The notes under the pieces were generated by a model that saw only the letters and a program-made list of their open reading frames with translations, had not been told where the DNA came from and did no database searches. Of a DNA stretch of 64,000 nucleotides, positions 49,581-63,232 are shown piece after piece. Every line of letters starts with the position of its first letter. Position 1 is the first letter of the stretch. The stretch lies in assembly GCA_002633005.1 (NCBI GenBank), contig NMRA01000045.1, positions 437,627-501,626 on the forward strand, written 5' to 3'. The stretch comes from Phoronis australis. Its lineage: Eukaryota; Animalia; Phoronida. The position numbers were made by a program, and so were the translations under genes.

Positions 49581-52500
49581 GTTGAACTGACGGCACAATT
49601 AGTTAGCGACGAGGACTCGGACACCGACAACGAAATTGAAGTGAACATTTCCGCCATAAGGCATAAGGAATATTTGAATTCACGGAGCGATACTTTACCA
49701 GATTCGGGGAGATGCAGTTTTGACAATAACGGACAGTTTTCAAACGATTTCCTAAACAAGGTGAACCCCACAGGAGGTACGACATTGGTGACTCAGAATG
49801 TCGCACAGAGCAGTGCCATCCCCGGAGACATAAAATCGTCTGCTACCCAATGTGGCATACAGGCGAAATCTCAGGGGACGCAGTCAGAAAACGCGACGAA
49901 ATCAATGTCCGTGCAATCTGAAAACGTCGATAAGGAGTCGCAAGCAACACAATCTGACGGTGTTAAAACAGGGAACCAGGGCACTCAATGTGAAAATATC
50001 CCGTTTAACAGCAACCACTCGCAAACCGATCGTAGTGAAACTCCAAACATGGTAGAGTCGAGCTCAAACAAAATTGAAGTGGAGCATATCACGATTCCCA
50101 TAGAAATTCGGCTTCCTCCATCCAAATATCTAGGAGACATGGAAAATCACGACACTGACATAGACTCTGGTTTCCATGACAACGGAGGAAGTCAGGATGG
50201 AGACAAAGAAGGCACCCTGTCGGAAAAAAAGAGAAGGAGACTTGACAAGCTAGCTCGAGCGCAACGGCTGCTACAAGAGCTAAAAGAAAAGGAAAACCCC
50301 CCGAATCTAATTCAAACTCCAGACAGAAAGGCGAATTCGCCTGAAGTGTCAAAGGATGGCGGTGAACAAAAAAGTCATGGACACGAAATGAGTACGGGAA
50401 ATGCAAAAAAAGGAGAACCGCGAAATGAAGAATTTTTTCCAAAGGTATTTATATAACATAGATATATGCTTTAGGGTAAATGAATGCAATCAAAAGTCTT
50501 TGGTGCTCTGTGCAGGCTCAGTTGCACCGGCCCAACTTGTTCAGGTTTGCGTTAAAAATACTGTCCAAGCCATTGTTTATTACATAAAAATGCATTTATC
50601 AACCCTTTTATAGAAGTGTTCTTATATAATGGAAACAACTTCTATGGAAAAAGCGCCCATTAAATCACAATGCGGGGATTTTCGTAACGGGTGCTTACTC
50701 TCTAAATAGATCATAATGGCGGACACAATTGTATCATGCTGGTTCTTGGAAAGGGGGAATACTGCTATTGTAATATTCCAGCAGTACACCCTAGTAAAAA
50801 TAATGAAGTGTATCCCCACATGTTACCTACTTATGATTATCTTTATAAATTATTGTATTAAACTTAAAGTGCCCCCTTAGCTGAAAATGTTTAACCTCTT
50901 AGAAACTTACCACTAACTAAGGAAAACTTGATTTGCATTTTTATCATGTCTAGCTATATTTGACTTGTCACTTTGACCACATCGCTACTGGATTAATTAC
51001 AAAGAAAACTAAATTTGGACCGTTGTGACAGTATTTGTACCTGTAGGGCTCCCGGAAAAATCATACGTCTCCATTATAGCGCCCTCTTTTGGTGAATTCG
51101 AGATCAATGCGATATGCACTTTTGAGACTGTCGCCGGATCTCATTGCTCTAGGTTGTAAGAACGCAAATCAGTTTGTATACCTAACCTGTCCAACTGCAG
51201 AAAAACAGCTTATGTTTTAAACCTAAGCTATTTAACGTCACCAGGACTAAAGGAGAAACCCCCGACGACTCCTTTGCTCCGGCATAATAGTAATTAGCCT
51301 AGTGAATGGCGCCCTCTTTCATTTAGTGGGCGACCACAGCAAAAGTGATCCTGGGTAAATTGTTGTTGGCTCACAATAACGATAAAACATTTGCAATTAC
51401 ATTTCACATCGCTGTTTGCTAATCGATAGGCATGGAATGCACGGCAAAATTCAATAAGTCGACATCGACCCATTGCACTTGAACATTCACCAAGTACAGT
51501 ACGATTAGTCTAGTTTAATGCAGTAATGAATTTTAACAATACGGTGAAATTGTGAAATTGTGCTTGACACAACAAATAAGTAATGAACTCTGGAAAATAA
51601 TGCCAAAGTATGGAAATTTTGCAGCATATTTTTTTAAACTTTTAGTATTAGTGTATAATAGATATTCTCATAATTACCATATATCTGCATTAGCCGTAAG
51701 CGTTGACACATTAAAATGTTTTGAAAAAAACAGGCGGTTAACCTGTCTCCTAGCAGGTATTGATTTTTCCCGCGTCTTTCCTGTAAATTCGATACAGTGA
51801 CAAATCAGGAGCGAGTTAGGCTTTTCACACTAAGCCTTCTACTCTGTCATGCATCAAGCGCGCTTTACTGAAGTTGTAAAGCTGTTTCCCTATACTTCAT
51901 AATACAGGATGTTGAATTGTTTGCTTTTAACTCAAACTCGTACGGTTTGAACGAATTAATTTTACGCTCGATGCCAATATGTGAGGATCCTGCACTTGTG
52001 ACCACCATCACACTGGCGTTCTCAGTTCATGATGGCGTGGATTGACTCATACGCAACTCATCATAAAAAGAGGACAACGGGTAATTCGAAAAGAAGAGAA
52101 AGTCTACCTGTGAGTGCCACGGGGGAAACATTTAGAGTTCATGTTTATTATTTTAAAAGTTTTTAATTACGTTTGATATTTACTGTAATCAACAGATATA
52201 CATTAACATATAACGAGAGCTGTTTTTAATCTCTTAACGACCTTGAGATAAAAGTGGTTAAATTGTATATGCTGATAAGATGAAGATATTCCTTGTCATG
52301 TTTAAATTGATTTCTACGATTACAAAGAACTGAAAGGTCACCCCAGTGTTGGGAGGGTGGGTTAGCAAGTAAGGGATTCTCTTTTTTGCTTTTGCTAATG
52401 CTCCGACACCTGTTCCGGAGATAGAAATTATTTTCTATCGTCGTGTACCGAGAAATGTTTGAAACATGTTGTACTCGATGAGTAAGATGCGTAATTAAAA

Positions 52501-55500
52501 CCAATGGCAAAATTGGCCTCAATTTTTTCGTTACTCAAGTGAGAGGTGACTTTTGTCAGTTGGTTATTCGGTGAAACCTTTCTCTGCACCAGTATACTTC
52601 TAGAGCCAGATCTCACGTAATGATGAGGTGTCTAATCCTTGAAATCATCTTAAAATCGACTGAGGAACAACTAGTGACCCATAATAGTAAGAGATCAAAA
52701 TCAAAAGTTGGTTCTTTTGACGGATTTTTAAACATCAAGACGCCGGTCGGGTATGATGTAAAAATGTGCACGTTACTAACACTACTATCAAATGTAAGAC
52801 TTTCGATAGATTTAGCAGTAAACATTAATTTTTCAGCGATCTGTAGAGGAAGATATCCAGTCACTGTCTTTCAATGGGAAGTCCACTGCAAATGATCCCG
52901 ATGAGTTCGACGATGACTTTGACGAGTATGATAACTCTGTTTCTCCTCGCGGTCGAGGGATGCGCCCGGTGGAAGATTTTAATCGGTTTGAGTTGATGCC
53001 CAAAGACAAATCTAAACCAAGTAACCCAGTAAATCGCGAGCCTCACAAAAAATTTAGCAAACGCGGCAAACTCGCCAAGTTCTTCAGGAACGGCGATCCC
53101 CATTTCAAAGGACTTCCGGTCTCCGTTAGCCAAAAATGTTTCGTGACTTACAAGACGTTGCTAGAGTGGTTGAATGAGAAGATAACGACGACTGCTGGTG
53201 TACGCCATATATTCTCTTGGCCGGAAGGAAGAGAAATAAAGGATGTTACGGAATTTGTTGGTGGGAGGTCTTACATCGTTTCCAGTACTAAGAAACTCAA
53301 CAGGGATATTGACTACGGATATGAGAGCAAGGAAAAGTTCTGGGCCACAACAAAAGCTTCCGCTGGTCGACTGAGAAAGGGCGAGAAACACCTGTACGTC
53401 GATTCTCTAGACTCTCCACCCGGGTCCGCGAAAGCTCAGCCAAGAGTTTTAACTATAATTAGTAACACAAACAGGGATAGTCGCGAGAAGGTGATGCTCA
53501 ACCCCATGACAAGTCAGACATTCGAAGAGATGCTACGTGATATTCAAAGTATGGTGCTCATTGACAGTCCACCCGTTAGGGCTCTTTACGCGGCCAAACA
53601 TCCATACAAGCGGGTAAGTAGCATGATGTGATTTAAAGATGCTCCTTTTCAGCTGCATTTTAAGTGAAAATTTCATGAAACGGGTATTAGTTCCGTCGAA
53701 GCGTAAACCCAAATTATGCTCATTCAACACAACTCCATATATTTTATAACTTTACTGAGTGTTACATGATTTTTCAGTTTAATTTTTAATTGTGGTGGTG
53801 CACAACAGTCTAAAATGGCCGCCGTGGTGAGTGGCAGCATTGTGGGTACTCATTCAACTGCTGCCGTATCTAATGAAGATTACGCAGAAACCCCGCCCAC
53901 TTTTTAATAAAAGCCTTACCAAAAAGGATAGTATTATAAGATAAACATAAATAAGGCTGAAAGTTACGAAATATTTATACTTTAGTGATATCTTTCGAAT
54001 GACGAAACTCATTCTGTGTTCTAAGCTAGAATATCTTCAAAACTGAAGATTTGAAAAGTATACATTTTTTCAAAATAGAAATTCTGTAGAATCTGATATT
54101 TGACTTTGTACCATTCTGCCTCTTAATTAAGTCACGTGGCTATGTCTTTTTAATAAAATTAATAAAAATGAAGGGTTCATTGATAGCAAAACAACGGTGT
54201 CAGCAACATCACCGATTTTTATTGATATGAATGTTCAAAACTAGATCTCAAAAACACTAAAATATTATTTCATTTTCATTTTACGCATGAAGTTTTTCAC
54301 GAAAGTCCTAAAAGGCTTATTTTTGATAGCCCTCACGCAAAATGGATTATTTTGAAAATAATTCCTAAAAACGTTTTGAAGACCACTGCGTAAGGCAGTC
54401 ATCTCTGAGATATGATGTTCCGACGATAGCCAAATTAAGACATGTTTCTAGTCCTACCTAACTCAACCTTGATATTAGCGCTAAGTCCTATCGTGTCCTT
54501 AATAAATATCGCTCCAACTATTCTCCGCACGAGCACAAAAACATTGTTAACGAGTCGCCATCCTTTAAGAGACGCGATCGCAAAGCAGTTCTACTTTAGA
54601 TGGCAACGTCATTAAAATTTACCACCTTAGCCCGAAACACCAACTCTAAACATGGGTCTACTTATACCACAAATTGTTTAGCAATGAATTGCACTCGAAT
54701 CATCGTCATACTATCAATGAGATTTCATCGTATGTGCTCGACAAACACAAATATTATTTACTTCTCTTTTCTCTTATTCAAAATCTCACCAAACAGCTTT
54801 TCAGTCTTTCTCGCTACCCATCTTTTGCCCAGGCCAAGACCCCCCCTAACTTCAAGCCCCCTCTTCGCGCTCCTAACCCTAGTTTTTCAAAATTACGCCC
54901 AGTTAATTAGTTCCGCTATAGCGAGTTATCGATATTGTAACAATGCAATGAGTGTCGTTCTTACTAAATCAACTAGCGCTCGGTAAAAATATTTCCCTTT
55001 GCTTAGTGTTCATTGATTTTCGATGAGATATTCGCGGTCGGTTTGATAAGACAAATGATACCTGACGTAGAGTCTACTTCTGCTATGTGAACTCAGCACG
55101 TTGGATGGGATAAAAGTAATTGAATTTATCGTCTATGAGTTATATCTGTTACAGCCATTAAAACGGTCGTACAATGGAGTTTGGCAATTTTTGAGGTTTT
55201 AGACCGTGTGTAATACTTTTATAACACAAAGTCGAACTAAACATGCACTAATTTTGGGAAATGATTGAAGAATTTTGTATTTTAAAGAAAAGTTAAGGAC
55301 TTTTTTGGTTTCCCTCCAACTTATGTCATGAGTGGAAAACGTTGTTCAGCTAACAGTACATATGCAATGGCAGATAGTAGTTACGAAGACTTAGAGAGCG
55401 AGCGTGACGAGTATTAGGAAGACAGGTATGGAGATGGGGTGAAGACGACACTCAGATCATAGGTGCAACACGTAATGTCATATCGGAAGATTTTTCGTGC

Positions 55501-58500
55501 TTGAGGCCGTACGAAGTTTTTTTTACTGCTACACAAATAAATGACAATACATTGAATACAAATATTTAGCCCAGAAAGCGAATCATTATATCCAGGCCGC
55601 ACAAAGGCCACCCTCTTGCACACCTGACGAGTCGGAGCCGGCCTACTCAGTTTGCGGACAGTCTTGATTTCAGAGTGGTAATTAAACCCTTTTATTGAAT
55701 CACTGTTTAATTTTCTTACCACTTTAGTGTCGAGTAGTATGTGTCTCGAACTGTAAATCTAACCGAATTTGTTACCCTGACTGTCAAAGCCCAGTCGCGA
55801 ATAGCGGACACTGATTTCAGTTCTTCGAATGCCGAGTGCCTTTGTCAGGGGCGGTTATATCTAATTATGGTGATGCTAACTAACTGATTTTATTTCTGGC
55901 AAATGGAACTCGTTTTTATCTTGTCTGTTCTAAAATTGTGAACTTTGTAGAATTGTGATTCGTCGACAATTTCGGTCCAGTGTCCGGCTCCAGCCTTTGC
56001 GCCAGCTGCGATCGTGACCAAACTATTTGCGTGACATTCATCACGATCCCATTTTCCACTATTGAGCATTGACGTATATGCGGATAGCACGCATTCTCAC
56101 AAAATTTTGAACAAGCAGACTTATGGAAACTTAGGACTACGAAAATCACATTCATTATCTCAGTCACAATTTGACGCTGACCCTCATATTCAATATATGG
56201 CTGACAAATAAGTTCCCATGCAATACCTCAACACAATACACCTTTTCTCCTTCACATGCACTTACACGTTGGAGAAAACTTCATCATATCTCCGTTTTTG
56301 CAATGGCACGATTCTTCAAAATGGGCCAAGCACAGGGTGGTCCATGAACTTATCGCTTGCTCCACCGTTACTACCATACCCGTGTCCGACGCACGAACTT
56401 GTGCCATTTATGGGCGAATTTTTTTGGAAACGCAAAAACTGATATATTGTCTGTTCGATTGCTATTACTGCATCCCTGCACATGCAACTTTCCGTAATAC
56501 TCAGTCGAGCTTACTAGTTTCCGAGACCATTACGTCTCGCTGCTAGTGTATAACAACACAATGGCAGAGACCGGATCCACTGATGACGTCACACACACAC
56601 ATCTTATTTTGTTATTTTTTGCGTTCATTTCTTGATTACAAGTACATAAATTGAAGAACATTTGCTTATAATATCATATCAAAATTGTTGGTAACCGAAT
56701 TCAAGCATTTATGACCACGGTGTGAAGGCATTAAATGGTGTATTGTAATTTCAAAAGCAAACGGTGACTCAAAAACTCTAAACTGACGAAACATCACTGA
56801 TGTCGTTTATCCATAAGCACGAATCACTGCATGAACGTATTTGCTTCGTAGACCAACGCAAGCGTGTATTATCTTTCTGGTATTCGGTCAAATTATCTTT
56901 ATATATAATCACGCACGGCAATCTCAGACCAAAAAGATTTAACTGGTAATACCTGGCATCAAAAGCTCAAAAGCAATGCTTCATTAATTCCATTTTCTTT
57001 TCTCGTAAATCGAAATGCCGTCAATCTCTACAGGGGCGGATCCAGAATTTTGATTTCGGGGGGGTGGTAGGACAGAGTATTAGCCAGGATATTGCCCATC
57101 AGACCGTCAACTGCCAAATGGAATTTGTGAGAATTTTAGGGGGGAGGGGGCATGGCCCCTTGCCCCATGATGAACTTTTTTGTATCAAGTGCAAGGTTAA
57201 CATCCACCAATTTCAAGTTCGTTCACCGACTAATAATCAATTTTAATGATTTTATTGTGAAAAGTACGGTCAACGCATCGTCGGCCGTCCAGGGGACATA
57301 AGGCTGGCCACGCAGTGTAATACGCCTATGAACTCTCTGTCTGTTTGATGGGAAATGTTCACCACTCACTCCGTAAACATGTACTTGATTGTAGCCAATA
57401 TTCTCAGTGCGATAAGCCCCTAAGAGCCATGATTAAAACCTGTTTGAAGTAAGGGACGAAATTTCGATTAATTTTTTACGTATTCATGCTAGCAACGTTA
57501 AGTAACTTTCTTCTACTGGTATTTCGTAACAGTTGTCTAAAATTTGCAAAAAAATTGACGTTATCCTCGATCAAAATTTATCCCCAAAATGACCAAAAAA
57601 GGACAATTTTTCAGAAGCTGGTAGCTTTTCAAACTAAAAACATTTCAGTTATTAATCATTCCATCCATAAGCTACGTGTCAAAAATCTGTGACAAGTCAT
57701 GCTCACGCTTTTGCCTCATGTTCTCGTGCAGTAGTGGATGAGCTCTGGTGACCAGTAATCACACAGTCTTGTTTGTTTGTGATGAAAAGTGCCCCCCCTG
57801 TGTGTGGTTGTAGTTCAGCTTCCGTGGTAAGGTTTCTGTGTGCGTGTTAAGAATTTTTACGGTGTGTGGTTAGTGTTTTCTGAAAGTTGGTAAGAGTCCT
57901 GCTCCGTGGAAATAATTATGCAACCCTTGATAAGAATTTAGTTTTCCCTCTTGTTTTCGTCAGTACTTCTAGAGTAAAACCCGATCTTACAATGGAACAC
58001 CTGATATGTTTGTCTGTACTATTGACAGCTTGTTTCAAGTTTAATGCGTGGATAAAAATCACATGCCTTCCGGCGCACTGTGCTGACCTAATCCAAGAAA
58101 TTTTAAGCCGATTAAAATTGCAAACGTCAAAAAAAACGTATCACGCACGCCCCACGAGCAAGCGAAAGATGATATTTTTGCAATACAAATATGAGATTGC
58201 CCTTTTCAAATATAGGCAGGAGTTGATAATTCGAGAACAGTTTAAATAGACAAAGATATTACGGCAAACAAAATTTAAATACGTATTGTCTCACTCTGAA
58301 ATGGTTTCAGCCCGCATGATTATGAATTTTGCAGACAGATCCAGGAATGCAATATGTAAAACCAAATGCCTGATTTATAAAGTATTCCTTTTCGTCATTA
58401 CAATTACTCACAGTTGCCTTTTCTCGATGGCCAAGAGTTAGGGTCATGACCCCCTAATCCTCTCTCATATATTTCAAGATCAGAAACAAACGTTTTAAGG

Positions 58501-61500
58501 GGTAGTTTTGACTGAGCGCATTTATTATTACTAGCGATTAGTATGTAACGAATTCTGTATAAGATAGTGAGCTAAGTTTGAATGTATTCGAGAGTGTTCT
58601 AGATTTAATGTACGGCTTGTTATGCGCTTTTTCGAAAATGTTTTAGCTGCCAAGCGTTAACACTCCATAGATGACAATTGTATTCTCACGTATTGATTAG
58701 CGTCCCATCAATACATATGTACACAAGTGATTGAATGAAAACAATGAGAGCTGTTAAGAGTAGATCTATCTGTCGGCTACTAGGAAAAGGCCGTTTAACG
58801 ATTATTAATTGGCGTTAAAATATGCCACATGCATTAATATATTTGTACATTGACCACGCGTGATGTCATCATGCGAGTGAAATAGGGTTTTTATTTAATA
58901 TGTGACGTCTTACGCGTGAAAACAGGCAAATACGGGAGCTGTATTGATTACATACGGGTTTAACTATTTGTTGGACAAATTTAAGTATAGACTGTAAATG
59001 CCACACGTTTGTAGCAGTTGATGACTGCAATAAGCTTGAGCTTTCGGCATGTGTACCGAGGCAAAATTAATTCTTTGTGGTTCACTCATCTGGTTAATTG
59101 TCACTAATTATAATTGTTACTTTGGTGAAGAGGTTTCAATCTGGGGAAAATCAAGAACACTTGTTTATTTAAATTCATAGTCTAAAATTTCCCCTCGGAG
59201 GGGAGCATTATCTGCTCCAGTGCTGTACTGGGGCGTAGGTGCACGTAGGTGCAGCCAACCACCTTTTGGCATTTGAACGTTGCGCCGACGCACCGTAAGT
59301 TATGTTCAGTGCTCAACGTGATACAGTGGGCTTTGGGCGCAAACTTACCTCTACTTTTACCACTACAGCACAGATCTGCACATGTGGGGACTTCAAGTCA
59401 TACGGCCAGTCATTTGACTTTCAAAACTGGAGAATGATTGGTCGTATGAATGAAGATCGCGTATGCGCAGATCACGTTCACTTCTAAGGGGAGGTGAGGC
59501 TACCAAAATACCCGAGGAGCTCCGGTTGGTCCCAGAGTATACTGAAATACCCGAGTTATTCTGAACGCGTCGGTACTTTAGCTTTCTCCGTAATCATGTA
59601 ATGTTCTCACTTTCACATCGGCTGAAACTGGTTGGTCTCGCAGACAGATAAAATAATTCAAATGTCTAGTTATATCTATTGGATATCAGGCAGTAGCAAG
59701 GTTGATGGCAAAACCAAGAGCGCAATGCAAAACACGACTTTCTTTTGCATAATCTATTGCCGAACTGAACTCAATACACAAATGGCCACAAGGGCGCGCT
59801 AACAAAATACAACAGAGAACAATCTATAACAATGTCTACAAGATAATAACAAATTGATTTTTTACGTTAAAGCCGGTATAAGCCATGATATGAGCCAGGG
59901 GTCACGTGTTAGCTTTGTACTCGAAATTACTTTCGACATTTTCAGTTCTACATTAACACCTGGGTTCGAGTATACAACTGTTTACGGAGATGGGTGTTTA
60001 GCCCAAGTTTGCAGTTGATGACTGTACGATTTGAGCTACAACCTCGGTTAAAAACTCGAAATTTCGAGTTTAAACTCGAACTTAGAGCTTCAATTCTGGG
60101 GTCATCAAGTGCAAGCTATTAACCACTCCTTCAAGTAAACCATAATGTACCCGAGCACAGAATAGTGGACACATATCTTGAGTTTACGCAAAAAATAAAA
60201 CGCAAAAAGTAAAAAAATAATTTAGACTTCCGTTACCAGCACAAAGCCTAGGCCCCGGGAAGTATTGCCATGAGAAACATCTTTCTTCACAAGAGTAAGA
60301 ATTTGCTCCCCCAACACAATGTCATTGGGTTCTTATCCTTTACTTAAATTGAAATCTATTACAATGAATAGCCTGGAATAACCTTTAACGCTGTTTCGGG
60401 AGCTGAAACTAACCCGCCGTGACAAGAAAACTTCATGGGGCCTGGTATGCAGCAACTCTCAGTTCTTCGATCTCCAGCCTTGAAATGTCTTTATTCTAGG
60501 CAAAGAACAAGACGGGACTGTTTTCATAGCTGCAAGTGCCCTAAATGAAAATTTTGTTTGGCGAAAAGCACGGGCGATTGATCACTGTACACCTAGAACG
60601 GTCAGCTACAGGAACCCAGCATTTTGAGAACCAATTTTCTCCACTGAATAATAGGCATCAAATTGGTTTTCAAAATTCGCGACCATTGTAGGTGGCACAA
60701 CAGTTTTTATCTGTTCTGTGTTATCTCTGCTATTGAAAAATTGTCCAAGAAATTCAAAAATTGCGTTCGTTGGCGCTTTGCAGGTTTCCAGTTTCTCGCA
60801 ATTGTTCAACGATTTCAAAAATCAAGACACGTTTCTTGCCTGTGGCGAAGAGAGGCAGCCAATGGAGTTAAGTACGCCTAAGAGACCAATACAGAGCAGC
60901 AATTCTAGCAATGACTCCGCACTCAACACCTTCTCAATGCGGAAGCCGAAAAAGAAGCCAAAAAAGAACAAGTCCGAAGTTGCAAGTGAGTATTACAGAC
61001 ACGTGCTCAAGGTCAAGGCCAGCGGTATCTAACCAACAGTAAAGCTCATCAAAGCTAATATTATGACATTATCTCTGTCCATTGATTTGATGCAAGTTTG
61101 AAACTATACAATCATAGACAGTTCCTATGGAAAGATTGATAATTTTGAGAAACATATGCCACAAGTATTTCTGTGGGCTGGGAAAATAACAGAACTATTT
61201 CTTCCACTGATGATAGCTTTTTACGCTGCATAGAAAAGTTGTTGTATGTCCATAACTAAAGGTGCCAGACGCTCAGTCTATAGTCAGATTACCTGAGGTG
61301 GTCCACTGAATAACTTATCTTTCGGTTGAACCGAATTCCGCAAGCGTACTTGCCTGAACACTGCAATCATCCTTCAGGCATTCCTTTACGGCGTGTACAT
61401 TAGACTCCTTTTGCCATCTTCACATTTTGTATACTTCAAAGTGGCTATAAACCAACGTTCTGTACAGGAAAAAATCATTTAGACCACTTGCCGTTACAAA

Positions 61501-63232
61501 ATTGATCGGGTCAGAAGTTGTGTCTGGGTTTGCAAAGAACTGACAGTTCGTTATTCCGCGCATAAAATGACACGCCGTGAATAGCCAACTTGATGACCCT
61601 GGATTCGAACAATAACGACCCGCCCAAGAATCACAGCTAATTAGATTAAGAAAAATTGAGACGCATTTCACAACGGAAAGTGGTCTATCCTTAATATTTG
61701 TTACTGTGATAGAGGACAGGTTTATAGCCACATTAAATTTGTATGGTCTTATATTTGGAATACATGCAAAGCTCCTATTGAAAAAAGGGGTCCTTCACTG
61801 ATAAGATTACCTTCTGCACCAAATAAATAATAAATACAATAAAGTGTATTAATAGCACATGGTAACGCAAGAAACAAACCTTTCTCATTGTTGCAGTGAT
61901 GGACATTGACACAACAGACAGTTTTCTGAGTGAAAAGGCGCCCCCAGCATTGATCAAGCAGAAGGAAAAGTTCAGTCCTCCAACCAAGCGCGTCTCTCCA
62001 CGACGCCAGCCACAGGTTCCGCAAACGTCTCGCTCCCTTTCACCTCAGCCGGTTGGGCGCCGACATCCCGGTAGATTCCGTAATGTTCCCGACATCTCTC
62101 CGCGGTCTGCCTCACCAAGACCATCGCCCTCACCCAAACCCGTCAGCATTACCCCAGCGAAACCACCACCGCCGAGGAGATTTCTTCCAAGACGACAAAC
62201 GAAGCCCATAGAAGTTGTAAGAGTGGACATCCACGGAAACCGCCGAGGTGAGTTCTAAGCGTGTTCGAACAGCAATGGCGAAATGGGTATTTATATTGTT
62301 TGACTTTCATTTGAATTCACTCAATGAATCGGATTTTTTTGTACTGAGCCAATGATGTTCCCTTGTGATCCATTCCGTTTAAGATTGCAAAGCCCGAGAT
62401 TCTTCAGGACCACCCCTTAGAGTATGATCCTTGGTGATTTGGGAAACCTACTTTTATGTTAATTCCAGTAACAAAAACCAATTGATTGAAATTGGTTTTG
62501 TTTATTTGGTATGTCACAGTACAGAAAAAAGGCAGAAAATTGCATGTGGAGAAAAGTTTTAAGCATAAATAAATATCACCTACGAACAATGAAGTTAAGA
62601 ACTTGTTTCGATTGTTCTATTTATTAACAATGTAATTGAAGATCCAAAAGGAAGGATTAACATAGACAAGTAGAACAGATACATCTCATGGGTTTAATCT
62701 CCCCTTGCAGAATTCTACTCTCCATCATACCAAGACAAGATTACGACAGAAAAACCAGCCAAAAAGCTGAAGCTAGACTGGGTTTACGGATACCGTGGAA
62801 GAGATGCCAAGAGTAATCTATACGTGCTTCCATCCAGCGAGACCATGTATTACGTGGCGAGTGTGGTAGTCATATACAACAAACTCAGGGAAACGCAACG
62901 ACTCTACACGGGCCACAACGAAGACATATCGAGGTACGTTGATCCACAAATGGAGCTGCTCGATCAGTCGAGTCTTGGAATTTCCAACACTTTCTTTGCC
63001 AAGGAACATTACCAACTGCAACACTATTTAAAGCAAAAGGACCGTTTCGTAACGATAAGCGTTGGGGGTATCGAGTGGCGTTTTTGTTCATTTTGAAGAT
63101 GGGTTTCTCTTCAGCTTCGATTGAAATGAGTCTATAGTTGTTTTATTCTTATTGTTTCACAGCATGGCTCTCCACCCTAACGGATTTTACGTAGCCACGG
63201 GTCAGTTCGCCGGCGACAACGCGGACACATCG
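49581..63232 (+). CDS. Tandem doublecortin-domain echinoderm microtubule-associated protein-like gene (DCX-EMAP/EML family); partial, start exon unresolved, continues past window end
   Basis: Exons 49581-50444, 52837-53613, 60784-60985, 61897-62247, 62711-62933, 63163-63232; all GT-AG with consistent phases, 829 codons. DCX1 KFFRNGDPHFKG..LLEWLNEKI..GVRHIFS..SYIVSS; DCX2 PRVLTII..KVMLNP..TFEEML..VRALY..VSSFSQLF..FLACGEE; Pro/Ser/Arg-rich linker; HELP motif PAKKLKLDWVYGYRGRD; WD40 start YTGHNEDISSMALHPNGFYVATGQ. Confidence 0.9.
54260..54420. repeat. Dispersed repeat shared with 22990-23152
   Basis: TTTTGATAGCCTC..AAA..ATTCCTA.AA..CAGTCAT.TCTGAGATA.GA.GTTC is present in both an importin intron and a DCX-EMAP intron. 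Confidence 0.65.
57031..57170 (+). mobile_element. End of a CAGGGGCGGATC-type non-autonomous DNA element
   Basis: CAGGGGCGGATCCAGAATTTTGA..GGGGGG. The same terminus occurs inverted at 46240-46266 (TCAAAATCCTAGATCCGCCCCTG). Confidence 0.5.
57782..57826 (+). CDS. Candidate internal alternative first exon of the DCX-EMAP gene (MKSAPPVCGCSSASV)
   Basis: ATG..GTG|GTAAGG, a phase-0 donor matching the phase-0 acceptor at 60784. Confidence 0.4.
59960..60160. repeat. Imperfect palindromic (MITE-like) element
   Basis: Centre AAACTCGAAATTTCGAGTTT, with outer arms TTGCAGTTGATGAC / GTCATCAAGTGCAA and GTTTAC / GTAAAC. Confidence 0.6.
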
